Shown here: positions 50,539-59,903 of the stretch, piece after piece | Position numbering within the stretch: the stretch's first letter is position 1 | Layout of the letters: the number at the start of each line of letters is the position of its first letter | DNA from: Candidatus Marinacidobacterales bacterium | GTDB taxonomy: Bacteria > Acidobacteriota > Vicinamibacteria > Marinacidobacterales > DATDRI01 | Direction: 5' to 3' | DNA: 64,000 nt | NCBI GenBank assembly: GCA_965219415.1 | Contig: CBDCNP010000002.1 | Span: 5,344,001-5,408,000 of the forward strand | The notes under the pieces: model-generated | What the model was told of the DNA's origin: nothing | What the model saw: the letters and a program-made list of their open reading frames with translations, nothing else | Database searches by the model: none | Made by a program: the position numbers and the translations under genes

Positions 50539-51708
50539 ATGAGTAAATCTTTCCGAACGTTAGAAGCCACACCACCAGCGATCTTTGGCCGTCTCGGTAT
50601 CCGGCCGGTCATTAATGCTTGCGGAGTCTATACCGATCTCGGCGGATCGATCCTCTCTCCCACCGTGTGGGCTGCCATGGAGGAGGTCAACCGTTCCTAC
50701 GTGAGCATGGTGGACCTACTCAAGAGGACCGGACGCCACGTCGCCGAGCTGGTGGGCGCCGAGTCGGCGCGCGTCACGCCGGGCGCGTCGTCGGCCATCG
50801 CGTTGGGTACGGCGGCCTGCATGACGGGGATGGACGGCGTTGCCTGGGAGCGCCTGCCCGATACGACCGGTCTTACCAAAGTGGAAGTCGTCATCCAACA
50901 CAACCATCGATACAAGTACGACCGCTGCGCGCGCATGGCCGGCGCGAGTCTGGTGGAGGCCGGCGGCAAGGATGGAACGAGTGCCGACCAGCTTAGGAAG
51001 GTGCTCGGTCCCCGTACGGCAATGGTGCTATTCCCGGCACACCTCGACGGCAAGGACAACAGTTTGAGCCTAAAGGAGACGCTCGAGGTAACGCGAGATC
51101 TCGGAATCCCGACGTTTGTGGATGCGGCGTACTTGAACTATCCGACGAGCCTCCTCGGAAGCTTCACCGCGGCGGGCGCCGAGCTCGCATGCTTCAGCGC
51201 CAAGTACTTCGGCGGGCCGAACGGCGGCGGGTTTCTCTGCGGCCGCAAGAATCTCATGGACGCCGTGGCGGGCGTCGATTTTACCGAGTTCGAGTCGGGG
51301 CTCTACCGATCGTTCGGCCGGGCCTTCAAAATGGATCGCCAGATCGTCGTGGGCACGGTGGTCGCGCTCGAGGAATGGCTAGCGATGGACCATGAAGCGC
51401 GCTGGGCCAGCTACGCGGGCCGTGTAGACCGGATGATCGGAAAGCTCGACGGGGTCTCGGGGATCGAGGCCGGGCCAATGTATTTCACGATGGACGAGCG
51501 ACTCCTTTCGGAGCCGGTGAACTGTGCCACGATTTCCTTTAACTCCATCGAACACACCGCGCAGCAGATTTCGGACGCCCTCGCCGCGGGCGAGCCGAGC
51601 ATCGCCACGGTCGTTCTCGGCGACACCCTGGTCGCCGCCGTCGACTGCATCGTCGACGGCCAGGAAATAACGATCGGCGAGCGACTGCGGGAAGAGCTTG
51701 CCCGTTAG
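50539..51708 (+). CDS. SelA-like PLP enzyme (DgaE / D-glucosaminate-6-phosphate ammonia-lyase-like)
   Basis: PVINACG.YT.LGGS, VTPGASSAI, VDAA, FSAKYFGGP, RAFKMDR. Confidence 0.82.
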   Translation: MSKSFRTLEATPPAIFGRLGIRPVINACGVYTDLGGSILSPTVWAAMEEVNRSYVSMVDLLKRTGRHVAELVGAESARVTPGASSAIALGTAACMTGMDGVAWERLPDTTGLTKVEVVIQHNHRYKYDRCARMAGASLVEAGGKDGTSADQLRKVLGPRTAMVLFPAHLDGKDNSLSLKETLEVTRDLGIPTFVDAAYLNYPTSLLGSFTAAGAELACFSAKYFGGPNGGGFLCGRKNLMDAVAGVDFTEFESGLYRSFGRAFKMDRQIVVGTVVALEEWLAMDHEARWASYAGRVDRMIGKLDGVSGIEAGPMYFTMDERLLSEPVNCATISFNSIEHTAQQISDALAAGEPSIATVVLGDTLVAAVDCIVDGQEITIGERLREELAR

Positions 51709-51709
51709 A

Positions 51710-51958
51710 GAGTCCTCAACCCGAGCGCAGCACGAAGCGCAGCGGAGTTGCGGAGCGAGAAGCCGTGGGGGTGGGGCCCCGCGGCATTGAAGGGAGTCCT
51801 CAACCCGAGCGCAGCACGAAGCGCAGCGGAGTTGCGGAGCGAGAAGCCGTGGGGGTGGGGCCCCGCGGCATTGAAGGGAGTCCTCGACCCGAGCGCAGCA
51901 CGAAGCGCAGCGGAGTTGCGGAGCGAGAAGCCATGGGGGTGGGGCCCCACGGCATTGA
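51710..51958. repeat. Three tandem 84-bp REP-like palindromic repeats
   Basis: Units start at 51710, 51794 and 51878; each contains GCCGTGGGG-GTGGGG-CCCCGCGGC or a close variant. Confidence 0.95.
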
Positions 51959-51981
51959 GTGGATTCAGACCGGAGGCTTCC

Positions 51982-53073
51982 ATGTTACTAGGATGGCTGG
52001 TAGCGCTTCTTTTCACGTCTGTCACCGCGTCGACGCTTGACCTCAAGACGGAGGTCGTCAACGGCGACGCCGGTTCTCGTCTCGACATTCACATGTCCGC
52101 GTTGGAGGACGCCGGCTTCTCGGGCACCGTCCTCGTATCGAAGGACGGCGAGATCGTCCTCCACAAGGGCTACGGCATGGCCGACCGGCGGCGCGAGATC
52201 CCTTGTCGACCCGACACCATCTTCGACATCGGGTCGATCACGAAGCAGTTCACCGCCGCGGCCATCCTCAAGCTAGAAATGGCCGGAAAGCTGAGCACAA
52301 GCGACACACTGGGTCAGCACTTCCCCGACATTCCTTCCGACAAGGCGGGCATCACACTTCACCAGCTCCTCACACACACCTCGGGCCTCGACCACTACTA
52401 CGGAGAGGACACCAACTACGCGCCCCGCGATCTCGCGCTCGAGGTCTTTTTCAAGATGCCTCTGCTGAGCGTCCCGGGTGACGAGTACCGCTACTCGAAC
52501 CCCGGCTACAGCATCCTCGCCGCCGTCGTGGAGGACGTCTCGGGCCTCAAGTACGAGAGCTATCTCGCCAAGGAGCTCTTCGGCCCGGCGGGGATGACCG
52601 AAACCGGCTACACCGGGCCTCGCTGGGACATGAAGCGCATGTCGCGGAACTACAACGGCGAGAAGGACAATGGCTTCACCTTCAACCGCAATTGGGGTCC
52701 CGACGGTACTTACTGGCACTGCTTCGGCAACGGATGCATCCTGACCACGACCGGTGATCTGGTTCGCTGGGAGCAGGCGCTCCAATCACACAGCGTTCTC
52801 TCCGCGGAGGCTCGGGAGAAGTTGTGGACACCGCACGTCACGGCGCGGGACGACGTCAAGTACGCGTACGGGTGGCGGGTCGGCAAGAGCGCCCGCGGCA
52901 CGACGTGGATCGGCCATGGTGGCGGCTCGGGCTTCGGCGTCTCGGCAGCCTACTACCGGTTTCCGGAAGATGGTGTGCTGGTGCTCGTCATTTCCAACCT
53001 GGCATCGATCCCCGGGATGAAGAACCAGGCACGCTTCGTGGACCGGCTCGTTACCCTCACGCTCGGACCCTAA
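51982..53073 (+). CDS. Serine hydrolase, beta-lactamase-like (S12) family, exported
   Basis: GSITKQF (SxxK), LLTHTSG, YSN, HGG; RBS GGAGG before ATG 51982. Confidence 0.92.
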   Translation: MLLGWLVALLFTSVTASTLDLKTEVVNGDAGSRLDIHMSALEDAGFSGTVLVSKDGEIVLHKGYGMADRRREIPCRPDTIFDIGSITKQFTAAAILKLEMAGKLSTSDTLGQHFPDIPSDKAGITLHQLLTHTSGLDHYYGEDTNYAPRDLALEVFFKMPLLSVPGDEYRYSNPGYSILAAVVEDVSGLKYESYLAKELFGPAGMTETGYTGPRWDMKRMSRNYNGEKDNGFTFNRNWGPDGTYWHCFGNGCILTTTGDLVRWEQALQSHSVLSAEAREKLWTPHVTARDDVKYAYGWRVGKSARGTTWIGHGGGSGFGVSAAYYRFPEDGVLVLVISNLASIPGMKNQARFVDRLVTLTLGP

Positions 53074-53083
53074 AGGAAAACCT

Positions 53084-54775
53084 GTGATCCACCTAGCGCT
53101 ACTGATAGCGGCTTGCGCCGGCCCTACTGGTATTGTCCAGGAAAGTTCGTCGCCGAACGCGCCGTACGACGTCGTGATCGCGAACGCCCGCATCGTCGAC
53201 GGCACGGGCAACCCCTGGTACCGGGGCGACATCGGCATCCGGGGCAAACGGGTCGCCACTATCGGGGACCTATCTTCGGCCCCGGCGAGACGCCACATCG
53301 ACGCGAAGAACCGGGTCGCCTCACCCGGCTTCATCGACATGCACAGCCACGCCTCGTGGAAGCTTCTCGTCGATCCACGTGCGGCGAGCAAGATCACGCA
53401 GGGAGTCACACTCGAGATCGAGGGCGAGGGCTCTTCGGTGGCACCGCTGACACCCACCCTCATTGAGGAGCAACGCCGCGCCTACGAGCGTTTCGGTATC
53501 ACACCCGATTGGCGGACGCTCGGCGATTACTTCGAGAGACTCGAGCGGACCCCCGCCAACATCAACTTCGCAACGTATCTCGGCACGTCGACGGTGCGCG
53601 AGATCGTGATCGGCCATGAGGATCGTCCCGCAACACCCGACGAGCTCGATCGCATGCGCCAGATGGTGCGGGAGGCGATGGAGGACGGGGCCCTCGGCAT
53701 CTACTCCGCGCTGATGTACTCCCCGGACCGCTTCAACCGCACCGAAGAACTGATCGAGATGGCGAAGGTTGCCGCGGAGTACGGCGGTGTTTACCAGACT
53801 CACCCGCGCAGCGAAAGTGACGCCTTTCGCGAATCGCTCGCCGAGATCTTTCGGATCGCCCGCGAGGCCGAGATCCCTGGGCACGTCACGCACTTCAAGG
53901 TGACCTACACCCAAAACTGGGGCGACATGCCGGAGGCTATACGCTTGATCGAGGAGGCGCGCCAGGAAGGCTTGAGCATCACCGCGGACCAGTACCCGTA
54001 CGTCCGCGCCGGCGGCAGCTTCACCGCCCTCCTCCCGCCGTGGGTCCAGGACGGCGGCCGACCCAAGATCGTGGAGCGGCTCAGCGATCCCGGGACTCGA
54101 GAACGCATCAAGCGAGAGCTTTCTGCACCGACTTCCGATTGGGAGAACGAGTACTACGGGGCGGGCGACGGTCCCGCAGGGTTCTCCATCACCGACGCGC
54201 GAGGAAGGCCGAAGCTCAAACCTTACGAGGGCCGAACGCTGGCGGACATCGCCGCCGCCGATGGTAAGGATCCACGCGACGTGGTCCTCGACATCGTCCT
54301 GGCCGGCGATACCGGAATGACGGTTCTCATTACGGACGAAACCGACCTGCGCCTTGCCATGAAGCAGCCGTGGGTCGCTTTCGGGAGCGACGGCGCCACC
54401 GTCGCCTCGGACGGGCCGCTCTCCGAAGGAGGCGTGCACCCGCGCGGGTACGGCAGCTATACGAAGATCCTGGGCGAGTACGTCCGCGAGCTCGGCGTGC
54501 TAACCCTCGAGGACGCGATTCGCAAGGCCACTTCGCTGCCGGCCCAGATCCTAGGAATCAAAGATCGCGGTCTGCTCCGGGAGGGCTTCTACGCCGACAT
54601 CGTGCTGTTCGACCCGGCGACGATCATCGACAAGGCCACATACGACAAACCGCATCAGTTCTCGGAGGGGATCGCCTACGTCTTCGTGAACGGCGAAGCG
54701 GTCCTCGACGCAGGCAAGATCACCGACGCCCGTTCCGGGATGGTCGTCCGGGGCCCGGGTTACCGCGAGCCTTAG
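53084..54775 (+). CDS. N-acyl-D-amino-acid deacylase (D-aminoacylase) family amidohydrolase
   Basis: IVDGTG, PGFIDMHSH, TADQYPY, GSDG, HPRGYG, DRGLLREG. Confidence 0.93.
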   Translation: MIHLALLIAACAGPTGIVQESSSPNAPYDVVIANARIVDGTGNPWYRGDIGIRGKRVATIGDLSSAPARRHIDAKNRVASPGFIDMHSHASWKLLVDPRAASKITQGVTLEIEGEGSSVAPLTPTLIEEQRRAYERFGITPDWRTLGDYFERLERTPANINFATYLGTSTVREIVIGHEDRPATPDELDRMRQMVREAMEDGALGIYSALMYSPDRFNRTEELIEMAKVAAEYGGVYQTHPRSESDAFRESLAEIFRIAREAEIPGHVTHFKVTYTQNWGDMPEAIRLIEEARQEGLSITADQYPYVRAGGSFTALLPPWVQDGGRPKIVERLSDPGTRERIKRELSAPTSDWENEYYGAGDGPAGFSITDARGRPKLKPYEGRTLADIAAADGKDPRDVVLDIVLAGDTGMTVLITDETDLRLAMKQPWVAFGSDGATVASDGPLSEGGVHPRGYGSYTKILGEYVRELGVLTLEDAIRKATSLPAQILGIKDRGLLREGFYADIVLFDPATIIDKATYDKPHQFSEGIAYVFVNGEAVLDAGKITDARSGMVVRGPGYREP

Positions 54776-54806
54776 CGTCAATCTGTTAGACCTACCAAAG
54801 CCAGCC

Positions 54807-55964
54807 TTGAAAAATTACACAGGAATGATTGTGATCCCATTATCGATGATTACTTTATTTTCCTGTAGCGCCAGTGTGCAGAATGCAAGTCAAACGGAAG
54901 AACAACTTGACACACTACGCGCACATATCAAAAAGACGATGGAAGAAACTAAAGTCCCGGGGCTTGGGGTGGGGATCATAAAGGACGGTAAAGTGATTCT
55001 CGCCGAAGGTTTTGGGACCAGAGATACCAATACAGGTCTTCCGCTTGATTCCCAGTCTATTTTTCTTATCGGATCAACCACCAAACCCTTTACCACGACG
55101 GCGCTCGCTATGCTTGTTGATGACGGGCTTGTCGAGTGGGACGCTCCCGTCCGTACTTATGTGCCGACATTTGCCGTTCATAATGATGACTATGTTTCAA
55201 CGCATATCACCGTGAAAGACCTGGTCACTCACCGGACCGGCGTTCCGGAGAGTGCGGTAAGCTGGATGGGGAGTACCCTGACGCGGAAAGAGATGGTTGC
55301 CAGCATACAAAACGCTGATCTCAACGTGGGGTTCCGAGAGCAATTTCAATATAACAATACAATGTTCATGGCTGGCGGCTATGTTGCCGGTCAGGTTACA
55401 AACAGTACCTATGAAGAAGTCATCCACAACAGAATATTGGAACCGTTGGGTATGGCGAGGACGGAGTTTACAGATTTGTCAGAGGAAGACCCCCCTTTTC
55501 GGGACAATGTCGCGTTCCCTCATGCCATTGGAGACGGCTCTGTTAAGAGAATTGAATTTGAATTCGAGGGCACGGCTATAAGACCGGCAGGAACGCTCGC
55601 TTCCAATATCGACGATATGCTCATATGGGTCATTCTTAATCTCAATCAGGGGAAACATGCTGGAAAAGAACTTCTCTCAGAATCAGGTTTCAAGCAATTA
55701 ATCACGCCGCATATGCATATGAGCCGACCGCGTAGAGTTGATGCGTTTCAAAATTATGGTTTGGGATGGTTTCTTGAAACATATCACGGTCAAAAAGTGG
55801 TTTATCACAGTGGGAGCGCCACAGGCACAAACACTCAGGTGCTTTTCTTGCCTGATGACAATATAGGTATGGTTCTTTTCACCAATGCCTCCTCTGAACT
55901 TCCGAACTCTCTGGCGTATTACATAGTTGATCTTCTCACTGGCGATACGCGTAGTGCTTCTTGA
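54807..55964 (+). CDS. Serine hydrolase, beta-lactamase-like (S12) family; AT-richer lipoprotein
   Basis: Lipobox LFSC, GSTTKPF, LVTHRTG, FQYNN, YGLGW, HSG. Confidence 0.92.
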   Translation: MKNYTGMIVIPLSMITLFSCSASVQNASQTEEQLDTLRAHIKKTMEETKVPGLGVGIIKDGKVILAEGFGTRDTNTGLPLDSQSIFLIGSTTKPFTTTALAMLVDDGLVEWDAPVRTYVPTFAVHNDDYVSTHITVKDLVTHRTGVPESAVSWMGSTLTRKEMVASIQNADLNVGFREQFQYNNTMFMAGGYVAGQVTNSTYEEVIHNRILEPLGMARTEFTDLSEEDPPFRDNVAFPHAIGDGSVKRIEFEFEGTAIRPAGTLASNIDDMLIWVILNLNQGKHAGKELLSESGFKQLITPHMHMSRPRRVDAFQNYGLGWFLETYHGQKVVYHSGSATGTNTQVLFLPDDNIGMVLFTNASSELPNSLAYYIVDLLTGDTRSAS

Positions 55965-56308
55965 GAATCAAGCCTCGGAACCTCCTCTCCGACCTTGGTG
56001 TTTCCAGAAGTAGTACGCGGGAATGCCGAGGGCCAGGACGCCGAGTCCGGAGAACGACTCCAGGGGCCGTTCGATGAGGCCGGTGATCGCGATGGCGACC
56101 ACGGACGTCAGGAAGAACGCCGGAACGGCCGGGTATCCCCACACCTTATAGGGGCGCGGGAGGTCGGGACGCGTGCACCTGAGGGTGAACACACTGGCCG
56201 CGGCAGCCACGTAGAGCAGAATCGCCGCGAATGTAGCATAGGTGAAGATGGCCCTGCCCGGGTTTTGTGGACACCAACCGAGGCGCGACAATGCGCCTGG
56301 AGGCGTCC

Positions 56309-56605
56309 ATGGGAAAACGACGACGCAGGAAGTTCACGGGGGAGTTCAAGAAGGAAGCGGTCCGGTTGTTCAGGGAAGGCGAGCGCAGCATCGGCCAGGT
56401 CGCTAAGGAACTGGACCTGACGGAATCATCCCTTCGAAACTGGGTGAAACAATACAAAGTTGATCACGGTGAAGGTCCACGCGAGGCTCTGACGACGGCG
56501 GAACGTGATGAGCTGGGTTCGCTACGACGTCGAGTGCGCACGTTGGAGCAAGAGCGAGAAATATTAAAAAAGGCGGCGGCCTTCTTCGCGAAAGAAAGCG
56601 AATGA
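56309..56605 (+). CDS. IS3 transposase OrfA
   Basis: RRKFTGEFKKEAV...LRNWV...EREILKKAAAFFAKE; A6G frameshift motif at 56566-56572. Confidence 0.93.
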   Translation: MGKRRRRKFTGEFKKEAVRLFREGERSIGQVAKELDLTESSLRNWVKQYKVDHGEGPREALTTAERDELGSLRRRVRTLEQEREILKKAAAFFAKESE

Positions 56606-57480
56606 GATTCAATTTCATTCACGCGGAGCGGGCCAACTACCCGGTGCGGGTGATGTGCCGAGTCCTGAGGGTATCGACCAGCGGCTACTACGCTCAGATG
56701 AAGCGCGCGCCCAGCAAGCGACAGTGTGAGGATGGGAAGCTGAAGCTGCGCATCCAAGCGATCCACGCCCATAGCCGTGGTACCTACGGCAGGGAGCGTG
56801 TACGTCGCCAGCTTGACGGGGAGAACGTCGAGGTGGGCAAGCAGCGAGTGGCACGGCTGATGCGTGAGATGGGTCTGCAGGGCCTGCCCAGCAAGCGTTT
56901 TCGCCGCACGACCGACAGCAAGCACGATCGTCCTGTCGCACCCAACGTGCTCGGTCGGAACTTCGAAGCCGAACGACCGAACCAGTTCTGGGTGACGGAC
57001 ATAACCTTCATCCGGACTTGGGAAGGCTGGCTCTACTTGGCGGTCATCCTCGATCTGTTCTCGCGTCGTGTCGTCGGCTGGGCGATGCAGCCCCACCTGC
57101 GCGCGGAGCTTGCTCTCGAGGCGCTTCACATAGCCTTGGGGCGCCGCCTGCCGGAAAGTGGCTTGGTGCATCATTCAGACCGTGGTACTCAATACGCGGC
57201 TGCGACCTACCAGGCCGTGCTCGATGAGTACGGCATCGTGTGCTCGATGAGCCGCAAGGGTGATTGCTGGGACAACGCCGTGACCGAGAGCTTCTTCGGC
57301 ACACTCAAGACCGAACTCCTCCACCGACGTAGTTGGCCAACACGACGTATGGCCAAAGACGCGGTCGTGAGCTACATCGAGGGGTTCTACAATCCATATC
57401 GACTCCACTCGTCACTCGATTACAACAGCCCAATGGTGTTCGAACGGATTCATGATCTCAAAACTGCTCATGCGAGATAA
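56602..57480 (+). CDS. IS3 transposase OrfB (DDE)
   Basis: WVTDIT, HHSDRGTQY, WDNAVTESFFGTLKTE; ATGA overlap with OrfA. Confidence 0.95.
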   Translation: MRFNFIHAERANYPVRVMCRVLRVSTSGYYAQMKRAPSKRQCEDGKLKLRIQAIHAHSRGTYGRERVRRQLDGENVEVGKQRVARLMREMGLQGLPSKRFRRTTDSKHDRPVAPNVLGRNFEAERPNQFWVTDITFIRTWEGWLYLAVILDLFSRRVVGWAMQPHLRAELALEALHIALGRRLPESGLVHHSDRGTQYAAATYQAVLDEYGIVCSMSRKGDCWDNAVTESFFGTLKTELLHRRSWPTRRMAKDAVVSYIEGFYNPYRLHSSLDYNSPMVFERIHDLKTAHAR

Positions 57481-58694
57481 TCAACCCGTCCACTTTTCCT
57501 GGGCAAGGTCAAGAGCTGCTCGAAGGTCCCCGAGAGCGCCAGGGCACACGCCCAGAAACACTGAAGCCAGAGGGAGACATGAGGCGTGCGGTAGCGGGGA
57601 TGTACGCGGGCGACCGACCGAAAGAAGAGCCGGTCTTCCGCCATGGCATAGTAGACCCGTGCGCCCGCCAGGATCGACCCGTTCGTGGACCCGAACGTGG
57701 AGATCACGATCGCAGCGACAATGAAGGCGGCCGCCCCGGGGCCCAGGAGTGCCGAGGCCGCCTTCTCCGCCACGGAGAGCACCCCTTGCATCTCGGCAAC
57801 GGGTAACGCCCGGACGTACACCACATTCACGAGGAGGTATGTGGCGGTTATCACCGCAGTCCCGAGGATGAGCGCCCGTGGCAGAGTCCGGGCGGGTTCT
57901 TTGATTTCGCCGGCAGAGAAGTTGAGATTGGTGAAGCCATCGTACGACCAAAGGACCGCGATCAGGGCCACACCGAAGCCACTTAGGAGCGAGAGACTCT
58001 CTCCTCCTTCCATCACGGTTGGGAGCTCGTGCGCCGGACCGCGACCGGCCCAGAGACCCAGGACGACGAAGACCGCGATCGCCGCGACCTTGAGGACCGT
58101 CGAGACGTTCTGGATCAGCGCTCCGATGCGGAGGCCGAGCACGTTCATCCCGGTGAGGAAGATGATGATGGCGACCGCGACGAGCTGTCCGGCGGAGACG
58201 GAGAGGCTTTTTCCCCCCCCACGGCGGAGACGAGCACGTTGTCGATGGCGAGACCGGGCAAGAAATAGCCCAAGTACACGGCAAAGCCCGTGGCCACGGC
58301 GGGCGACGGCGCCCGGCTGGTACACCAGGAAGATGATCCAGCCGAACAGAAATGCCGACAGAGGCCCGTAGGCCTCCCGCAGGTAGACGTACTGCCCCCC
58401 CGCCTCCGGCATCGCCGCTCCGAGCTCCGCGTAGGTCAGTGCTCCCGCTATAGTCAGCAGACCCCCCACCGCCCAGGCGACGAGCAACCAGCCCGGATAT
58501 GGCAAAGACTCGGCCATGACGCCGGTGGTGAGGAAGATCCCCGAGCCGATGGTGATTCCGATGACCAGGAAGGTGGAGTCGAGTAGGCCGAGTCCGCGTA
58601 CCAGCTTGGCGCTGCCGTCGTCGGTCGTCTTTCGATTCATTCGGACTATAGGCCCTGCAGGCCCAGGCGTTCTTCGTCGCTATGACGCAGGCCC

Positions 58695-59840
58695 TCAATT
58701 CAAGATTCTGTCGATCTCCTCTAAAGCCTTCTGAATATCCTCGGCTTCATTATAGAGATGGGGAGAAAACCTTATGAAGTCCTTTCTGGCCGAGACCATC
58801 ACTTTTGCTTCATTGAGACGTCTGGCAATCTCAGATGAATTTTTTCCTGGGAAACGAGCGGCAACTATGGATGACCGTTCTTCGTCACTCTGGGGTGAGA
58901 TAATCTCTGCGTTTCGTTCCTCCAAACCCTGAATAAGCTGAGAAGATAGAAGCTTGTTGTGCGCGAAGATTCTCTCCACCCCTACCTTTACAAGGTATTC
59001 AATGGAGCGTGCCAGGCCAATAGGACAGCCGTAGGCCATTGTGCTGAACTCGAACCGCTTGGCCGTATCTGGGTATTCTAGCCGGTCTGCCTGAAAATCC
59101 CACATGTCTTTATGGCTCCGCCAGCCGACCAAACCAGGCTCCAATTTGTTCTGCAGATTGGGCGCTAGATACATAGCTGCGACTCCGAATGGCCCGCAAA
59201 GCCACTTGTAAGCTGAGCTGACTAACGCGTCAACCTTCGACGAGGTGGCATCTATTGGAACCGCACCCGCAGATTGGGTGGCGTCTATGACGAGCAAGGC
59301 ACCATGAGCGTGAGCCTTATCAGCCATGAGTGACAGATCATAGAGCTGGCCGCCTCCATACTCAACATGAGATAGGCAGACTATCGATGTTTTATTGTCC
59401 ATCAGCTGGATTATTTTTTCAGGATCCACATATCCATTTCCGCCTCTAGCCCACCTGACCTCAGAGTTCATCTGTCTAGATACGCGAATCCAAGGATAGA
59501 TCGTACTCGGGTGCGTAATATCGGTGCTGACAATGTTGGTACCTCGCTTAGGTGCGAATGCCCATGCTAGAGAGCTCATGAGTTCACTGGCACTGGAGGC
59601 CACGGCAATGTCCTCTTTCTTGCAAGCGAACAAACCTGCAGCAGCTTTGTGGAGATCATCAAATAGTCTTTCTTCGGCCACCTCATCGAAGTTCATGGTG
59701 CCGTTCTCGGCAATGTCCTTTTGCCATTCGATGACAGCGCTCGACGCCTCCTTGTACATCATGGCAACAGAAGCCGCGTTCAAATAGGCGAACTTCTGTG
59801 CCGCAGGAAAGTCATTCGGATCCACAAAAGTCTTCATCAC
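58695..59840 (-). CDS. Class V PLP aminotransferase (cysteine desulfurase / isopenicillin-N epimerase-like); AT-richer
   Basis: YLNAAS, DATQSAG, SAYKWLCGP, IRFSPHLYN. Confidence 0.9.
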   Translation of the reverse strand: MMKTFVDPNDFPAAQKFAYLNAASVAMMYKEASSAVIEWQKDIAENGTMNFDEVAEERLFDDLHKAAAGLFACKKEDIAVASSASELMSSLAWAFAPKRGTNIVSTDITHPSTIYPWIRVSRQMNSEVRWARGGNGYVDPEKIIQLMDNKTSIVCLSHVEYGGGQLYDLSLMADKAHAHGALLVIDATQSAGAVPIDATSSKVDALVSSAYKWLCGPFGVAAMYLAPNLQNKLEPGLVGWRSHKDMWDFQADRLEYPDTAKRFEFSTMAYGCPIGLARSIEYLVKVGVERIFAHNKLLSSQLIQGLEERNAEIISPQSDEERSSIVAARFPGKNSSEIARRLNEAKVMVSARKDFIRFSPHLYNEAEDIQKALEEIDRILN

Positions 59841-59903
59841 ACCTCTCCAATATCTAGGGGCTTATGCAAACACCGTGAGTATGTGAGCCGATAATGTCGG
59901 TAC

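Larger units (their letters stand above)
56249..57511 (+). mobile_element. Complete IS3-family insertion sequence, 1263 bp, 3-bp target duplication AGA
   Basis: IRL TGGCCCTGCCCGGGTTTTGTGGACA, IRR (rc) TGACCTTGCCCAGGAAAAGTGGAC; AGA on both flanks. Confidence 0.95.
55968..58640 (-). pseudogene. APC-family amino acid permease interrupted by IS3, with two compensating frameshifts
   Basis: IGSGIF, ELGAAMPEAGGQYVYL, SYDG, GARVYYAMA. Removing the IS restores FEQLFTYATF. An out-of-frame patch lies at about 58215-58305. Confidence 0.92.

Noticed and set aside
50539-51708. Selenocysteine synthase selA
   Set aside because: Shorter than SelA, lacks its N-terminal domain, and no selB or tRNA-Sec is nearby; it fits the DgaE-like branch better.
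51710-51958. CRISPR array
   Set aside because: The units are head-to-tail with no unique spacers, and no cas genes are present.
51982-55964. Beta-lactam resistance genes
   Set aside because: SxxK/YxN motifs are shared across S12 hydrolases; they have HGG/HSG rather than the KTG of class C beta-lactamases, and the context is catabolic.
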